In this document: in pieces, positions 7,292 to 17,189 of the stretch
Numbering within the stretch: position 1 is the first letter of the stretch
Layout: every line of letters starts with the position of its first letter
DNA from: Thermoplasmata archaeon
GTDB lineage: Archaea > Thermoplasmatota > Thermoplasmata > Lutacidiplasmatales > UBA184
Assembly: GCA_028864975.1 (NCBI GenBank)
Contig: JAGWLG010000018.1
Coordinates: 1 to 62,520, forward strand
Reading direction: 5' to 3'
DNA: 62,520 bases
The notes under the pieces: generated by a model
Seen by the model: the letters and a program-made list of their open reading frames with translations, nothing else
What the model was told of the DNA's origin: nothing
The model's database searches: none
Made by a program: the position numbers and the translations under genes

Positions 7292-8602
7292 TCACAGCAC
7301 ATCCGCGAGCAGGTCCGGTTCCTCCCCTTGGTTGGGGCTGACCGCCTCCCGACGTACTCCACTCGACGGGTTGACGGAGCCTCCCGGAGTAGGCCTCGTT
7401 CCGGGTTCCCCACCTCGTGGCACATCTGCAGGCTCGAGAGTGATTCCCGAGCGTCGGCGAGGTGCCTGCCCGTGTGTCTGCATCTTGCGTCGGACAAGAA
7501 CGCCGATCAGGGCCGCAGCAACCGCGAGGACGGCCACCAGGACGATCAACCATCCGAGGGCGAACGGCGAGCCCGTCCACGGGAGGCCGGGGCCGCCTCC
7601 GTACGCCGGAGGGTGCAAATGAACGGCTTCGATCGCGTTCCAGGAGGCCCCTGCGGAGTCACTAACCTGGAGTGTAACGAGGAAGGTCCAAGGCCCTGTA
7701 GTACGACGGAACGTGTGATTCACCGAGGCATTGGACTGTACTGGGCTCTGGCTCCCATCCCCAAACGTCCATTGGTACCGATACGGGGGCGTCCCGCCGA
7801 CCGCGGCCCCGTCCAGCGTGTAGAGTTCCTCGACCGTTGTTCCGTTAGAAAGCAAACCGGAGTCGAAGTACTGGGTGGCAAGAACGAACTTGCCGCCGGT
7901 TTGAACGAGGATGTCCAGAATGTAGTCGGCACTCGTCCCGCCCCCGGAATAGTTCGCATTCGTGCGGGCCGTGACAACGACCCGGAACTCTCCCGTGGAG
8001 TTGAAGGCGTGGGTGGGATTCTGAGCGTACGAGACGCCACCATCCCCGAAGTCCCACGCTACATCTTGAACTGGGGCTTGGTTCCCGCTCGCGGTGGAGG
8101 TGAAAGCCACAGCGGCCCCCGACGACGTCGCCGTGTAGCTCTCTACGGCGGCAGAGAAATCGAAGTTGTAACCTACATGCCCTGGGGGTGGAACGGTGAG
8201 ATTGTAGGATGCTGTCGCAGTCGTTCCGGCGCGATCAGTGACGATGACGATGTATGCGAATGTTCCGGGCCAGATGAGGTACGCCGCCACAGGACCGGGC
8301 CCCGTCTCACCACCATTCCAGATGTACGAATACGGAGGCAGTCCGCCTGTGGCGTTCGCCGTGAGATTCTCGTTGACATTGGCGTTCCCGGGTGTCGTGG
8401 ACTCGCTGATGGTGACCCGAAGGGGAGCTGCAGAAGGGTCGGCCGTTGACTTGGAGCTAGGGACGGAACCTGACACTTGAGAGGGGACGAGAAGGACCAG
8501 ACCGACCAGGAGCGCAGCGGTGACCCACATGACAGAGCCTACCCCGTGCCTCCCGGCTGGGCACACCCTGATCGTCTGGAGGTACGGCATGGTCCCGTAC
8601 AT
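7292..8602 (-). CDS. PKD-domain cell-surface protein with C-terminal TM anchor
   Basis: Signal peptide, WDFGDG/WTFGDG PKD motifs, TM helix followed by RRK; start may be ATG 8530. Confidence 0.85.
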   Translation of the reverse strand: MYGTMPYLQTIRVCPAGRHGVGSVMWVTAALLVGLVLLVPSQVSGSVPSSKSTADPSAAPLRVTISESTTPGNANVNENLTANATGGLPPYSYIWNGGETGPGPVAAYLIWPGTFAYIVIVTDRAGTTATASYNLTVPPPGHVGYNFDFSAAVESYTATSSGAAVAFTSTASGNQAPVQDVAWDFGDGGVSYAQNPTHAFNSTGEFRVVVTARTNANYSGGGTSADYILDILVQTGGKFVLATQYFDSGLLSNGTTVEELYTLDGAAVGGTPPYRYQWTFGDGSQSPVQSNASVNHTFRRTTGPWTFLVTLQVSDSAGASWNAIEAVHLHPPAYGGGPGLPWTGSPFALGWLIVLVAVLAVAAALIGVLVRRKMQTHGQAPRRRSGITLEPADVPRGGEPGTRPTPGGSVNPSSGVRREAVSPNQGEEPDLLADVL

Positions 8603-8628
8603 GAGTTGGTCGCCAACCTATTTACGAC

Positions 8629-9717
8629 GTGGTCCGGCTTTCCCTCGATAATCCGTTCCGAGTGCTAGACCTTGTAAGGGGGGTTCAGCTCTCCCGACAC
8701 GTGGAGGCCCTCACTCACGCCGAGGCCCTCGTCTTCGAGGCGCTCCTCGGGGGAGACGGCCTGGAGTCCGACCGGTCGAGGCGGACACGGACGGGCCTCC
8801 CCAAGTCCACCTACCAAGAGGCAAAGGGTCGTCTCTATGGCGAGGGCTGGCTTGAGGACCGATTCATTCCAAGCCCGCTCGCGGTCGGCGCCGACACGAT
8901 AGAGTTTCGCGTTTCGCAGCCTGTGGCCGAGCGTCGTCAGACCTTTGCGCTCGCTCTCGAGCAGGACCCAACGACCGTGCTGCTTTGGGAGGGGGTGCAG
9001 TCACTGTTCTCTGTGCGCTTCCTCAACCGGCGTCGTTCGAAGCAGGGGAACCTCGAGGAACGAGATGAGGAGGACTTCTCTCTGCGAGCTGAGCCGGAGC
9101 AAGTGCGGGTCTACTTCGACTTCGAGGGATGCTGGTCCGCGCTTCCGGGCCTCCTGCCACCATCCGTCTATCCCCGAACCCTTCCGGGGGCTTTGCCGCG
9201 GTCAGGTGGAACTCAGATGTCTCCGGCCCATCTCTCGGCGCTCCGCGAACTGGTCTCTCGTCCATTTACCGACAGGAAAGGGAGCGGGACTCCCCCACAG
9301 TCCGGCCCGCACTTCTTGCCGCGAAGCCAGCGCCATCTTCTATCGGAAAGCGTCGCCGCCTGGCGGGTCCTGCCGAAGTTGGGTCGACCCATCACCGTCG
9401 GCAGCGCGACCGTTCGTCAGCTCGTTCTCGTGACAGGGGCACGTCAGCCCGACTCGAGCTTTGACGGGCTCCTCCCGGCCTTGGCCGCGGATTGCGGTGC
9501 ACACCCTTTCCTCGTCGCGGAGGACGAAGAACAGGTCATCCTTGGACTCCTATCGCTCGGTCCCCTACCAGGCCAGGAAGTGCGGTCGTCGAGTCCCCGT
9601 CCGTCTGTGCTCGGAACGGTGAAACGGTTCGCCCGTCAGGTCAGGATCATCCGTGAGGACCTCGCTACACTGCGGGTCCCGGTCGATCACCGGTACGACC
9701 GCTTTTTCACGTCGTAG
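8629..9717 (+). CDS. Lrp/AsnC-like (tandem wHTH + RAM-like) regulator, paralog of 48987..50042
   Basis: TGLPKSTYQEAKGRLYGEGWLEDRFIPSPLAVG resembles an Lrp HTH plus linker; likely start GTG 8701; divergent from a PKD gene. Confidence 0.55.
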   Translation: MVRLSLDNPFRVLDLVRGVQLSRHVEALTHAEALVFEALLGGDGLESDRSRRTRTGLPKSTYQEAKGRLYGEGWLEDRFIPSPLAVGADTIEFRVSQPVAERRQTFALALEQDPTTVLLWEGVQSLFSVRFLNRRRSKQGNLEERDEEDFSLRAEPEQVRVYFDFEGCWSALPGLLPPSVYPRTLPGALPRSGGTQMSPAHLSALRELVSRPFTDRKGSGTPPQSGPHFLPRSQRHLLSESVAAWRVLPKLGRPITVGSATVRQLVLVTGARQPDSSFDGLLPALAADCGAHPFLVAEDEEQVILGLLSLGPLPGQEVRSSSPRPSVLGTVKRFARQVRIIREDLATLRVPVDHRYDRFFTS

Positions 9718-9753
9718 ATGAGCCGGGTGATCCGGCCAGCGTTCAGCCAGGGT

Positions 9754-10125
9754 TCAGGGTGCCGGTGGAGGGTGGGCCAGGATGAGGGCAGAGGCTGATA
9801 CCACTCCCGCCAGGACGAGAGAGGCCACGTAGATGATTGCCTCCCTTCCGGCGACACGCGCACGAATCATCGCGATGGAAAACAGGACGACGACCATGGC
9901 CGCCATGAGGAGGAACAGGAACAAGGATGCTCCTGAGCCGGGCTGGACGACGGCTCCGAACAAGATTTGGGAAGAGACAAGCCAGACTCCGACTGTGACA
10001 GCCCCAAGCAGTAGGGAAGGGCGGACTCTCATCCTTGAAGGGGGGGACGAGTGGGCGGCCGCTTGCATGATCTCGGTCACCTCAGAGGCTTTCCTGCGGT
10101 TCAACACATCGCCATTCTGGGCCAC
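9754..10125 (-). CDS. Small three-TM membrane protein
   Basis: 123 aa, three hydrophobic helices. Confidence 0.6.
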   Translation of the reverse strand: MAQNGDVLNRRKASEVTEIMQAAAHSSPPSRMRVRPSLLLGAVTVGVWLVSSQILFGAVVQPGSGASLFLFLLMAAMVVVLFSIAMIRARVAGREAIIYVASLVLAGVVSASALILAHPPPAP

Positions 10126-10207
10126 CTCGGAGAAGTAGGGCCGTCCGAGAAAGGCTCACTTGCCTCCTCCCTCAAGGGCGAGGCGCCCGTAGTCGCCCGG
10201 ACGGCGC

Positions 10208-13200
10208 TCACTCCTCTGGCGGTCGCTCGTCCATCAAGGAGGGTCCAGGCGGAGGAAGGGGGCCGGGCGGGTCCTTCTGCGCGTCCTTCAGCGTGAACGA
10301 AATCCTCGGCCGCGGCGGCTCAGGCACCGCGTTCTCGTTCTCCACCATCCGGTGGAACCAGAAACCCTCCTTCTTGCGGCCCTTGACCTTCCAGTGATTG
10401 AGCTCCTTCAGCTCCCCCACGTAGCCCCAGAATTCCCCGTCGCTCATGCCCAGGTCCGCGACCGCCTCGCGGACCATCCTCTCGGGAACGTAGCCCGCCC
10501 CTTCGGGTATCGCCGCGTCCAGGCGGTCCAGGGCCTCCTTCCGTCGTAGACCCAGCGCCTGCTCGGTCTCGGCCTTCTGCCGGTCGAGCTCGGCGGCAGC
10601 TTCCTCGGACGCGGCGCCGTTCGACCCGTTGGGGAGACGGTAGGTCGTCCGTCCGTTCACGCCCGAGGCCACGACCTTCCCGCTGCTGACGAGGACCACG
10701 AGCTGCGTCTCCACGTCCTCCCGGGGCATCTTCTTCGCCTCGGCGACTGCGCTGACCAGTCCGTCCTTCGTCTCGTTGGGGTAGGCCTTCAGGTGGGCCA
10801 TCGCTTCGGACGTGATGTCGTTCGGGTCCGAGGTAGAGGAGGAGCACGGGCTTCCCCCCGTGCGGCCCCTCGTCTTCCTCTTCCGGGAGAGCATCACGAG
10901 CCAGAGGACCGCCGAGAAGACCGCGACGACGATCAGGACGCCAGCGAGGAAGACCTCGCCGAGGGGGAGGGCACCGCCACCGGTCGGCGCCGGGAGGTAG
11001 GCCGAGAGGTCGGGCTGGAAGAGGAAGGGAGCGGAGGTGCGGTTGAGGCTGTTCTCTGCCTGGAGGTAGATGGAGGCGACGGGGTTCCCGCGGGTTACCT
11101 GAACGACGAGCGTGAGAAACCCGTAGATCGGGCCTCCCAAGGGATCGCCGCTCGCTGAGCTCCGCACCGGCCCCCAGGTCTCCGATGTGAGGCACGCTTG
11201 GGTCGCGAGGTCGGAGCAGGCGCGGGCAAAGCCGGTGCCCCCGTACATCCCATTGGCGTAGAACTCGAGGACCAGGGCGACGCTGTACTCCCCGCCAGAG
11301 AGCGCCTTGACGCTGGTCACGGAGTCGATGAAGCCATTGGTGATGACGGGAGAGAAGTCCGCGAGGCCGAGGACCGGGAGCCCGAGGGCGAGCGAGATAG
11401 CGGAGCCCCCTCCGCTGTCGTTGACGAGGACGTGAACCCAATGGCTCCCCGTGGTGGGGAAGGCGCGCGAGAACGACGACCCGCCCGCGTAGTGCCCGTC
11501 GTCGAACTCCCAGAGGTAGGCGTACGGGGAAGTTCCGTTCTTCACGCAGGTGAGATTGAGCGTGAAGGGGTCGCCGGCCCAGAGCGAGGTCGTGTTCGCG
11601 GTGGGAGCGCAGGGAACGGAAAGCCCGGGAACTGCCCGTACCTCGGTGCCTCCGCTCCTCATCTGTCCGTAGGCGTCCCAAACCTCAACTCCGACCCAGG
11701 TCCGGCCCGCGGCGGTCGGAGTGAACAGGTACCAGGGGACGCTAGTCACAGGGTAAGAGGAGTTACCGATGTTCCAATCGTAGGTCAACGTCCCGTTGCC
11801 TCCAGAGATCGCGACAGCGATGTTGTCCGGAGCGCCCACGTCGACGACGGGGGGCGAACTCGAGAGGACAGGCGAACTCAGGTTGTCCATGAGGACCCGC
11901 ACGTAGACGACACCTGACGCGGTGACACCTTCGACGTCCGTCACGTTGAACCAGAACGCGGCGAAGAGGTTCTGGATGGAGAGGCCTAGCGTAAAGTTGA
12001 GCCAAGGGCCTGGACCTGTCCTCTGTATCCACTGCCCCCACGTCTGACCCCAGTGCGACCACCAGGACATGTTGTATGGGCCTTGCCCTCCTGAGAGCGT
12101 TCCGTCCAGCTCGAAGTTGAGACCGGCGAAGGCGGTGAGCGTCTGTCCTTCGCCGACCGTGGACGGACCTGCCCGGGCCGTGATGTTCAGGATCGAGGGG
12201 TCTGCGACCACGGTAGGTTGGGTGATCGTCCGGAGCTGGACGCCCGTCGCGTCCTGGAGGTAGACGATCACGGTGTACACGGCCGTGCCCCCTACCCAGG
12301 CCTTAGCGACCCAGTTGGTGGCCGTTGTGGCGTTCGAACCGTCCCCGAAGTACCATAGGTACGAGAACGGCGCGAGCCCTCCCGTGAAGTTCAGGGTCAG
12401 GTTGTCCGGGACTCCAGCGTCGACCATGGAGAAGTGGGGGGAGAGGACGAGGTTGGAGGCGGTGGGGCTGACCCTGAGGTAGACGCTCGCCGCAGTGCTC
12501 TGCCCGACAGCGTCGACCACCCAGAAATTGACCGTGTAGTTCGCAGCATGGGACCACGAGTAAGAGAGGGCCGTGCCACCACCCATCGACCCGACGGTCC
12601 CGTTGTAGTCCCAAGTCGTCGTGTAGGGGGCCGTGCCACCTCTGAAAGAGGCAGCAAAAGACGTGGTCGCGGTAACCTCGTCCGGGAGGGTCCCCCAGGT
12701 CGTTACCGAGAAGCTTCCCACGCTGGCGTTGACGTAGAGACGGGCCAGGGCAGGGTTGACGAGGACCGTGCCGTTGGCGTACCAGGCCATCCCTCCTGCG
12801 TCGCGAATGGTCGCCTCGATGGTGTGGAGTCCGAGCCACGACGCGAGGATGGGGCAGACGAGGGGCCCGTCCCCCGAAGCGGTCGAGGAGCAGGCAACTC
12901 CCCCCCCAGTGGTGTCGTTCCACCAGAACGAGAAGCTTGGGATCCCGTGGACGAGTTGCGTGGAGGCGTTGCTGTTCATCCCGAAGTCTAGCACCGCAGG
13001 GAGGCTGATCGACGCGGGCGCGAGGGGCCAATATACGGTCTCGGTCAGGGTGACCGTCGTGTTCCAACCGGTGCTGTCCTCGACGCTGGCCGTGATGGAG
13101 TAGGTGCCCGGCTGGGTGTACTTCAGACCGAATTGGTAGTTCGGCCCTCCCTGCGGGGCGCCGCAGACGACCCCTACGAGAATCGACCCGGGGGCATCGA

Positions 13201-16200
13201 TACAGGGCCGATAGAAAGGAGTCCCCTGGCTGTAGTTGAGTTGGAGAAGGAGGCTCTGGTTTGCGTAGGCAACCGAACTCCCGCGAGCGAACCAGGGTAC
13301 GACAATTGGGTCAAGGGCGACAGTGAAGGACTTCTGAGGGCTGAACGACGAGCCACCCAGTGTATCGTTCACGTACGCAGTGACAGTGAAGGTGCCAGCG
13401 GTGGAGGGGTAACAGACCAGAGTGCTCGTGTTGGCTGTCGGGCAGGGCAACCCCTGGTACCAGATGCTGAAGGTCCCTGAACCTCCCGTCGCGTTGCCCC
13501 AGAGAGTCAGACTCTCCCCAAGGTCGAGGTTCGTTCGGTTCAGGGCGAGCGAGATCGAAGGATTGCTGTGGACAACGAAGGACAATGTAGGTGAAACCAC
13601 CTGGTACCCGTTCGTGTCGATTACGGTCACCCAGATAGGGAAGGTCCCTGCGGTAGTGGGTGTACACGATAGGGAACTGGTGTTCACACTCGAGCAGCTA
13701 CTTGGCAACCCTGCCCACGAATACCGATAGTAGTTGCTCGCCCCGCCGGTCGGGGCCGCGCCATAGGTCACCGGCTGGTTCACGTCGACCGAGTATTGGC
13801 TGGCAGACGGGGCGCCCACCGATGGATCCCCCAGGATGGTGAACGCGAGCGTCCCGCTCGTCGCGGTGAACCCGTGGGTATCCTTCACCTGTACCGAGAT
13901 GGAGGAGGACCCGGTCGCCGTCGGGGAGCACGAGATCGCCGAGGCGTTGGACGCGGCGCACCCCGCGGGGAGACCGCTCCAGGTCCACGTGTAGACCCCC
14001 GTCCCTCCCGTGGTCGTGGTGCTGAACGTCGTCGTCTGCCCCAGGTCGATCGACCAGGGGGAGGCGGCGGGCGAGGTCGTGGAGGGGACGGGATAGACCG
14101 AGAAGATGACCGCCCCGCCGGTCGCGGGCGGGCTTCCGTCGGAGTCGTCGACCACGACGTTCGTCGAGTAGGTCCCGACGGCCGTGGGGGTGCACGAGAG
14201 GCTCGCGGAGGTTCCCGAGGGGGTGCACCCGGGGGGCAGCCCGCCCCAGGAGTAGGAGTAGGAACCCATACCTCCCTCCGATCCGGCCGCGACGAAGTTC
14301 TCCGACTGCCCCAGCTCGACCTGGGGGCGGCTCAGGGCGGGGCCGATGGCCTCGAGAGCCCTCCCGAACGTCCAGGTGTCCTGATCGGCCCCTCCACCGT
14401 AGAGGAGGTCGTACCCCGCACCGGTGTCGTTCACGAGCCCCGGTGCGCCGCGGGGCCCGGGGGTCGTGGCGAACGGGAGCTGCGACCACTGGCCGTTGCG
14501 GAAGGACCAGGAGTCGCCAAGGTTCCCGCCGCTGGCGGCCACCCCTCCGAAGAGGAGGACGGGGAGACCGTCGGCCATCCCCGCGCTGTCCCTCGCGCTC
14601 GGCGCCGAGCTCGGGGTCTGCTGGGACCATGTGCTCCCCGTGAACTCCCAGGTGTCGCCCATCTCCGACCCACCGTACCCTCCGAAGAGGAGGACCTCGC
14701 CACCGGCGCTCAGGTCCGTCGCCATCGACGGGTCCTCACGGCTGGAGGGAGAGGTGGTCGGGGTGAGCTGCTGCCAACCGTTCGCGTACTGCCAGGTGTC
14801 GCTGACGAACCCGCTCGAAGGTGTGTTGCCCCCGAAGAGGATCACCGACGGGATGATCGGCCCGCCCTGCACGCGATAGTTCGCCATCCCTGCCGCGTAC
14901 CGCTCGGGCGGACACTCCACGAGTCCGCCCGACTGGACGAGCGTGCAGGAGCTCCCCGAGTTGTACGTGCTGAGCTCGTGCCAGGCGCCCGCGGTGAACT
15001 CCCACGTGTCGCCGAGGAAGGAGTTCCCGATCCCGGCGTTCCATCCGCCGTAGAGGAGGACGTACTGGTCGAACAGATCGTAGACCATGCTCGCCGCCGC
15101 CCGAGGGTCCGGGCAACCCACCGTCGCCCCGGTCTTGAGGAGCGTGCACTGCCCTGCGGTCGCCTGGGCGCTCTCGAGCTCGGTCCATGTCCCCCCCGCG
15201 TAGGTCCAGGTGTCGCCAAGAACGACCCCGCCCGAAGTGATCCCGCCGAAGAGGACCACGTACCCATCCGCCACGTCGTACGCCAACCCCTCGGAGTTAC
15301 GCGCCGCGGGGTCCTGGGCGGGAGCCAACGCGCCCCAGGCACCGCCCCTCCAGACGAACGTGGTCCAGGCCTCGTACGGAGGCGTGGCGGTCCCGCTCCC
15401 TCCGAAGAGGAGCGGGGCGCCCTCGGCCGGGTCGTAGGTGAGTCCCTCCCCGTACCGAGCGGAGATGGAAGTGGTGCCGAGCGAGGTCCAGGCGCCCGCG
15501 ACGTACTTCCACGCGTCCGTCATCGGAGAGCCGTCGTTCCCCGCGTAGAGGAGTACGTAGCCGTCCGTGGAGTCCCACGTGCTGGCCCCCCAGATCCTCC
15601 CGGGTGGCGCGGTCGGGAGCTGCGCGGTGACGTTGGTCCAGGTTCCCCCCAGGTACTCCCAGGTGTCGGAGAGGAGGTGGGTCGAGTCGCCGCTGAAGAG
15701 GAGGGCGTAGCCATCGGCCGCATCGAAGGCAAGGCTCGAGCCGAACCGGCCGGAGGGAGCGGAGGGGGGAGTGAGCTCGGACCACGCCCCTCCCTTGAAC
15801 GTCCAGGTGTCGTCGAAGAGGTAGCCGTTCGAGCTCTGGCCTCCGAAGAGAAGGACGTACCCGTCCGCGGCGTCGAAGGCCATCGAGGCCCAATGGCGTG
15901 CGGGCGGGGAGGAGGTGGAGGAGGCCTCGCTCCATTGGCCACCCTTGAACTCCCACGTGTCGCCAAGAACGCCCCAGTCGTTGGTCCCCCCGAAGAGCAG
16001 CACAACCCCATCGGCCGGGTCGTAGGCCATCGCCGCGCCGCTTCGCTCCCCGGGGGAGATGGTCGGCGTGAGCTGGGTCCAGGCGCCCGAGGCGAACTCC
16101 CACGTGGTCCCCGAGAACGGGCCGGTCGAGCCGTAGGGCGTCCCGCCGAACTCGACGACGTACCCGTCGGCCGCGTCGTAGGCCATGCTCACGTCATGCC

Positions 16201-16666
16201 ACGGTAGAGGCGTGGAGAGCTCGGACCAGCTATCGCCCGAGCCGGCGGTCTGGACGGCGAGCGGGGAGGATGGACGTGAAGATTCGTGCCCAGACATGGG
16301 GGCGGGTGGAGGGGAGGTTTGTGCGAAGGATGCAGGAGACGAGGCGGCGGGCCCCATCCCTCGGTCCAGCGAGGCCTGCGCAGCGGAGAGCTCCTCCGCC
16401 GCGACGCTCGAGGGATCGGAGGAGGAGGTGGACGGGGGGACGACGGGTCGAGAGGGGGAGGGCGAGCGCAGCACGAGGGACGGTGCGGGTCCTGGGGAAG
16501 GGGCGTGCGTCGGGAAGGCACCCGCCTCCGAGGGCGAGGGCATGGGGGAAGGCGCGAAGGGAAGGGGCGGGGCGTGGTGCGGGCTCCCCGCAGGAGCGAG
16601 AGGGAGGAACCCCGCGACAGCGAGGAAGGCGAGGAGGAGAGGGAGGGCGGTGAGGGGCCGCATCAT
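10208..16666 (-). CDS. Giant surface protein: Kelch-type propellers + Ig/PKD repeats + TM + cytoplasmic winged-helix-like domains
   Basis: 2152 aa; signal peptide; repeated P.AR..ASMAYD..DGYVLLFGG..DTW.F.GG.W; WYFGDG/WEFDDG PKD motifs; TM at VFLAGVLIVVAVFSAVLWLVML-SRKRK; about 220-aa charged tail. Confidence 0.9.
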   Translation of the reverse strand: MMRPLTALPLLLAFLAVAGFLPLAPAGSPHHAPPLPFAPSPMPSPSEAGAFPTHAPSPGPAPSLVLRSPSPSRPVVPPSTSSSDPSSVAAEELSAAQASLDRGMGPAASSPASFAQTSPPPAPMSGHESSRPSSPLAVQTAGSGDSWSELSTPLPWHDVSMAYDAADGYVVEFGGTPYGSTGPFSGTTWEFASGAWTQLTPTISPGERSGAAMAYDPADGVVLLFGGTNDWGVLGDTWEFKGGQWSEASSTSSPPARHWASMAFDAADGYVLLFGGQSSNGYLFDDTWTFKGGAWSELTPPSAPSGRFGSSLAFDAADGYALLFSGDSTHLLSDTWEYLGGTWTNVTAQLPTAPPGRIWGASTWDSTDGYVLLYAGNDGSPMTDAWKYVAGAWTSLGTTSISARYGEGLTYDPAEGAPLLFGGSGTATPPYEAWTTFVWRGGAWGALAPAQDPAARNSEGLAYDVADGYVVLFGGITSGGVVLGDTWTYAGGTWTELESAQATAGQCTLLKTGATVGCPDPRAAASMVYDLFDQYVLLYGGWNAGIGNSFLGDTWEFTAGAWHELSTYNSGSSCTLVQSGGLVECPPERYAAGMANYRVQGGPIIPSVILFGGNTPSSGFVSDTWQYANGWQQLTPTTSPSSREDPSMATDLSAGGEVLLFGGYGGSEMGDTWEFTGSTWSQQTPSSAPSARDSAGMADGLPVLLFGGVAASGGNLGDSWSFRNGQWSQLPFATTPGPRGAPGLVNDTGAGYDLLYGGGADQDTWTFGRALEAIGPALSRPQVELGQSENFVAAGSEGGMGSYSYSWGGLPPGCTPSGTSASLSCTPTAVGTYSTNVVVDDSDGSPPATGGAVIFSVYPVPSTTSPAASPWSIDLGQTTTFSTTTTGGTGVYTWTWSGLPAGCAASNASAISCSPTATGSSSISVQVKDTHGFTATSGTLAFTILGDPSVGAPSASQYSVDVNQPVTYGAAPTGGASNYYRYSWAGLPSSCSSVNTSSLSCTPTTAGTFPIWVTVIDTNGYQVVSPTLSFVVHSNPSISLALNRTNLDLGESLTLWGNATGGSGTFSIWYQGLPCPTANTSTLVCYPSTAGTFTVTAYVNDTLGGSSFSPQKSFTVALDPIVVPWFARGSSVAYANQSLLLQLNYSQGTPFYRPCIDAPGSILVGVVCGAPQGGPNYQFGLKYTQPGTYSITASVEDSTGWNTTVTLTETVYWPLAPASISLPAVLDFGMNSNASTQLVHGIPSFSFWWNDTTGGGVACSSTASGDGPLVCPILASWLGLHTIEATIRDAGGMAWYANGTVLVNPALARLYVNASVGSFSVTTWGTLPDEVTATTSFAASFRGGTAPYTTTWDYNGTVGSMGGGTALSYSWSHAANYTVNFWVVDAVGQSTAASVYLRVSPTASNLVLSPHFSMVDAGVPDNLTLNFTGGLAPFSYLWYFGDGSNATTATNWVAKAWVGGTAVYTVIVYLQDATGVQLRTITQPTVVADPSILNITARAGPSTVGEGQTLTAFAGLNFELDGTLSGGQGPYNMSWWSHWGQTWGQWIQRTGPGPWLNFTLGLSIQNLFAAFWFNVTDVEGVTASGVVYVRVLMDNLSSPVLSSSPPVVDVGAPDNIAVAISGGNGTLTYDWNIGNSSYPVTSVPWYLFTPTAAGRTWVGVEVWDAYGQMRSGGTEVRAVPGLSVPCAPTANTTSLWAGDPFTLNLTCVKNGTSPYAYLWEFDDGHYAGGSSFSRAFPTTGSHWVHVLVNDSGGGSAISLALGLPVLGLADFSPVITNGFIDSVTSVKALSGGEYSVALVLEFYANGMYGGTGFARACSDLATQACLTSETWGPVRSSASGDPLGGPIYGFLTLVVQVTRGNPVASIYLQAENSLNRTSAPFLFQPDLSAYLPAPTGGGALPLGEVFLAGVLIVVAVFSAVLWLVMLSRKRKTRGRTGGSPCSSSTSDPNDITSEAMAHLKAYPNETKDGLVSAVAEAKKMPREDVETQLVVLVSSGKVVASGVNGRTTYRLPNGSNGAASEEAAAELDRQKAETEQALGLRRKEALDRLDAAIPEGAGYVPERMVREAVADLGMSDGEFWGYVGELKELNHWKVKGRKKEGFWFHRMVENENAVPEPPRPRISFTLKDAQKDPPGPLPPPGPSLMDERPPEE

Positions 16667-16697
16667 GGGGACAGGGCGTGGGCAAAAGCTATGGCAT

Positions 16698-16729
16698 GAT
16701 AAATATGACGCTCGCCCCGGGCGAGCGTC
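16698..16729 (-). promoter_or_regulatory. TATA box (TTTATC) with adjacent 23-bp perfect palindrome upstream of the giant surface protein
   Basis: GACGCTCGCCC-C-GGGCGAGCGTC at 16707-16729 directly upstream of minus-strand ATATTTATC, about 35 nt from ATG 16666. Confidence 0.55.
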
Positions 16730-16794
16730 GATGCAGGGGCGTCAAGGGCGGACACCTGGCGAGGGGACATCGGCCCCTCGGGGCGGTCGGGGGG

Positions 16795-17121
16795 TCATGA
16801 AGGTGACGGCGTACTCAAGCGGCGCCGGGTGCCCCGCAAGCTAGGGCGTGACGCGGGGCCCTGCACCGCCTTGGCGGGGAGTCGAAGACCTCGCCGTGGT
16901 CGCAGAGGCGCATCGGGCGATGTTCCAGGGGCGGGTGGGTCCACGCCTCCCCCGCACTGCCGAAGCTTGGAAACGGCCGCGGGAGCAAGCGACATCACGA
17001 CGAAAGCGACCAGGAGACCTAGAACTAGCAGCGCAGCTCCCGTGGTTCCCTCTCCGACACTCCCTAGGACATTCACCCCGTCCAGGTAGGAGAAGAGGAG
17101 CGCGCAGCCGAACCAGGCCAA
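16795..17121 (-). CDS. Possible two-TM protein
   Basis: TTG start, two hydrophobic segments, low-complexity tail. Confidence 0.3.
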   Translation of the reverse strand: MAWFGCALLFSYLDGVNVLGSVGEGTTGAALLVLGLLVAFVVMSLAPAAVSKLRQCGGGVDPPAPGTSPDAPLRPRRGLRLPAKAVQGPASRPSLRGTRRRLSTPSPS

Positions 17122-17189
17122 GCGTCCGCCCGGCCCTTGAATTCAGATTGCGCGCTCACGTTTCCCAGCGTGGCACGTCCGAGCACTCC

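Noticed and set aside
13796-16207. 803-aa + strand ORF and other ORFs inside the 2152-aa gene
   Set aside because: Antisense shadows of the Kelch/PKD gene.
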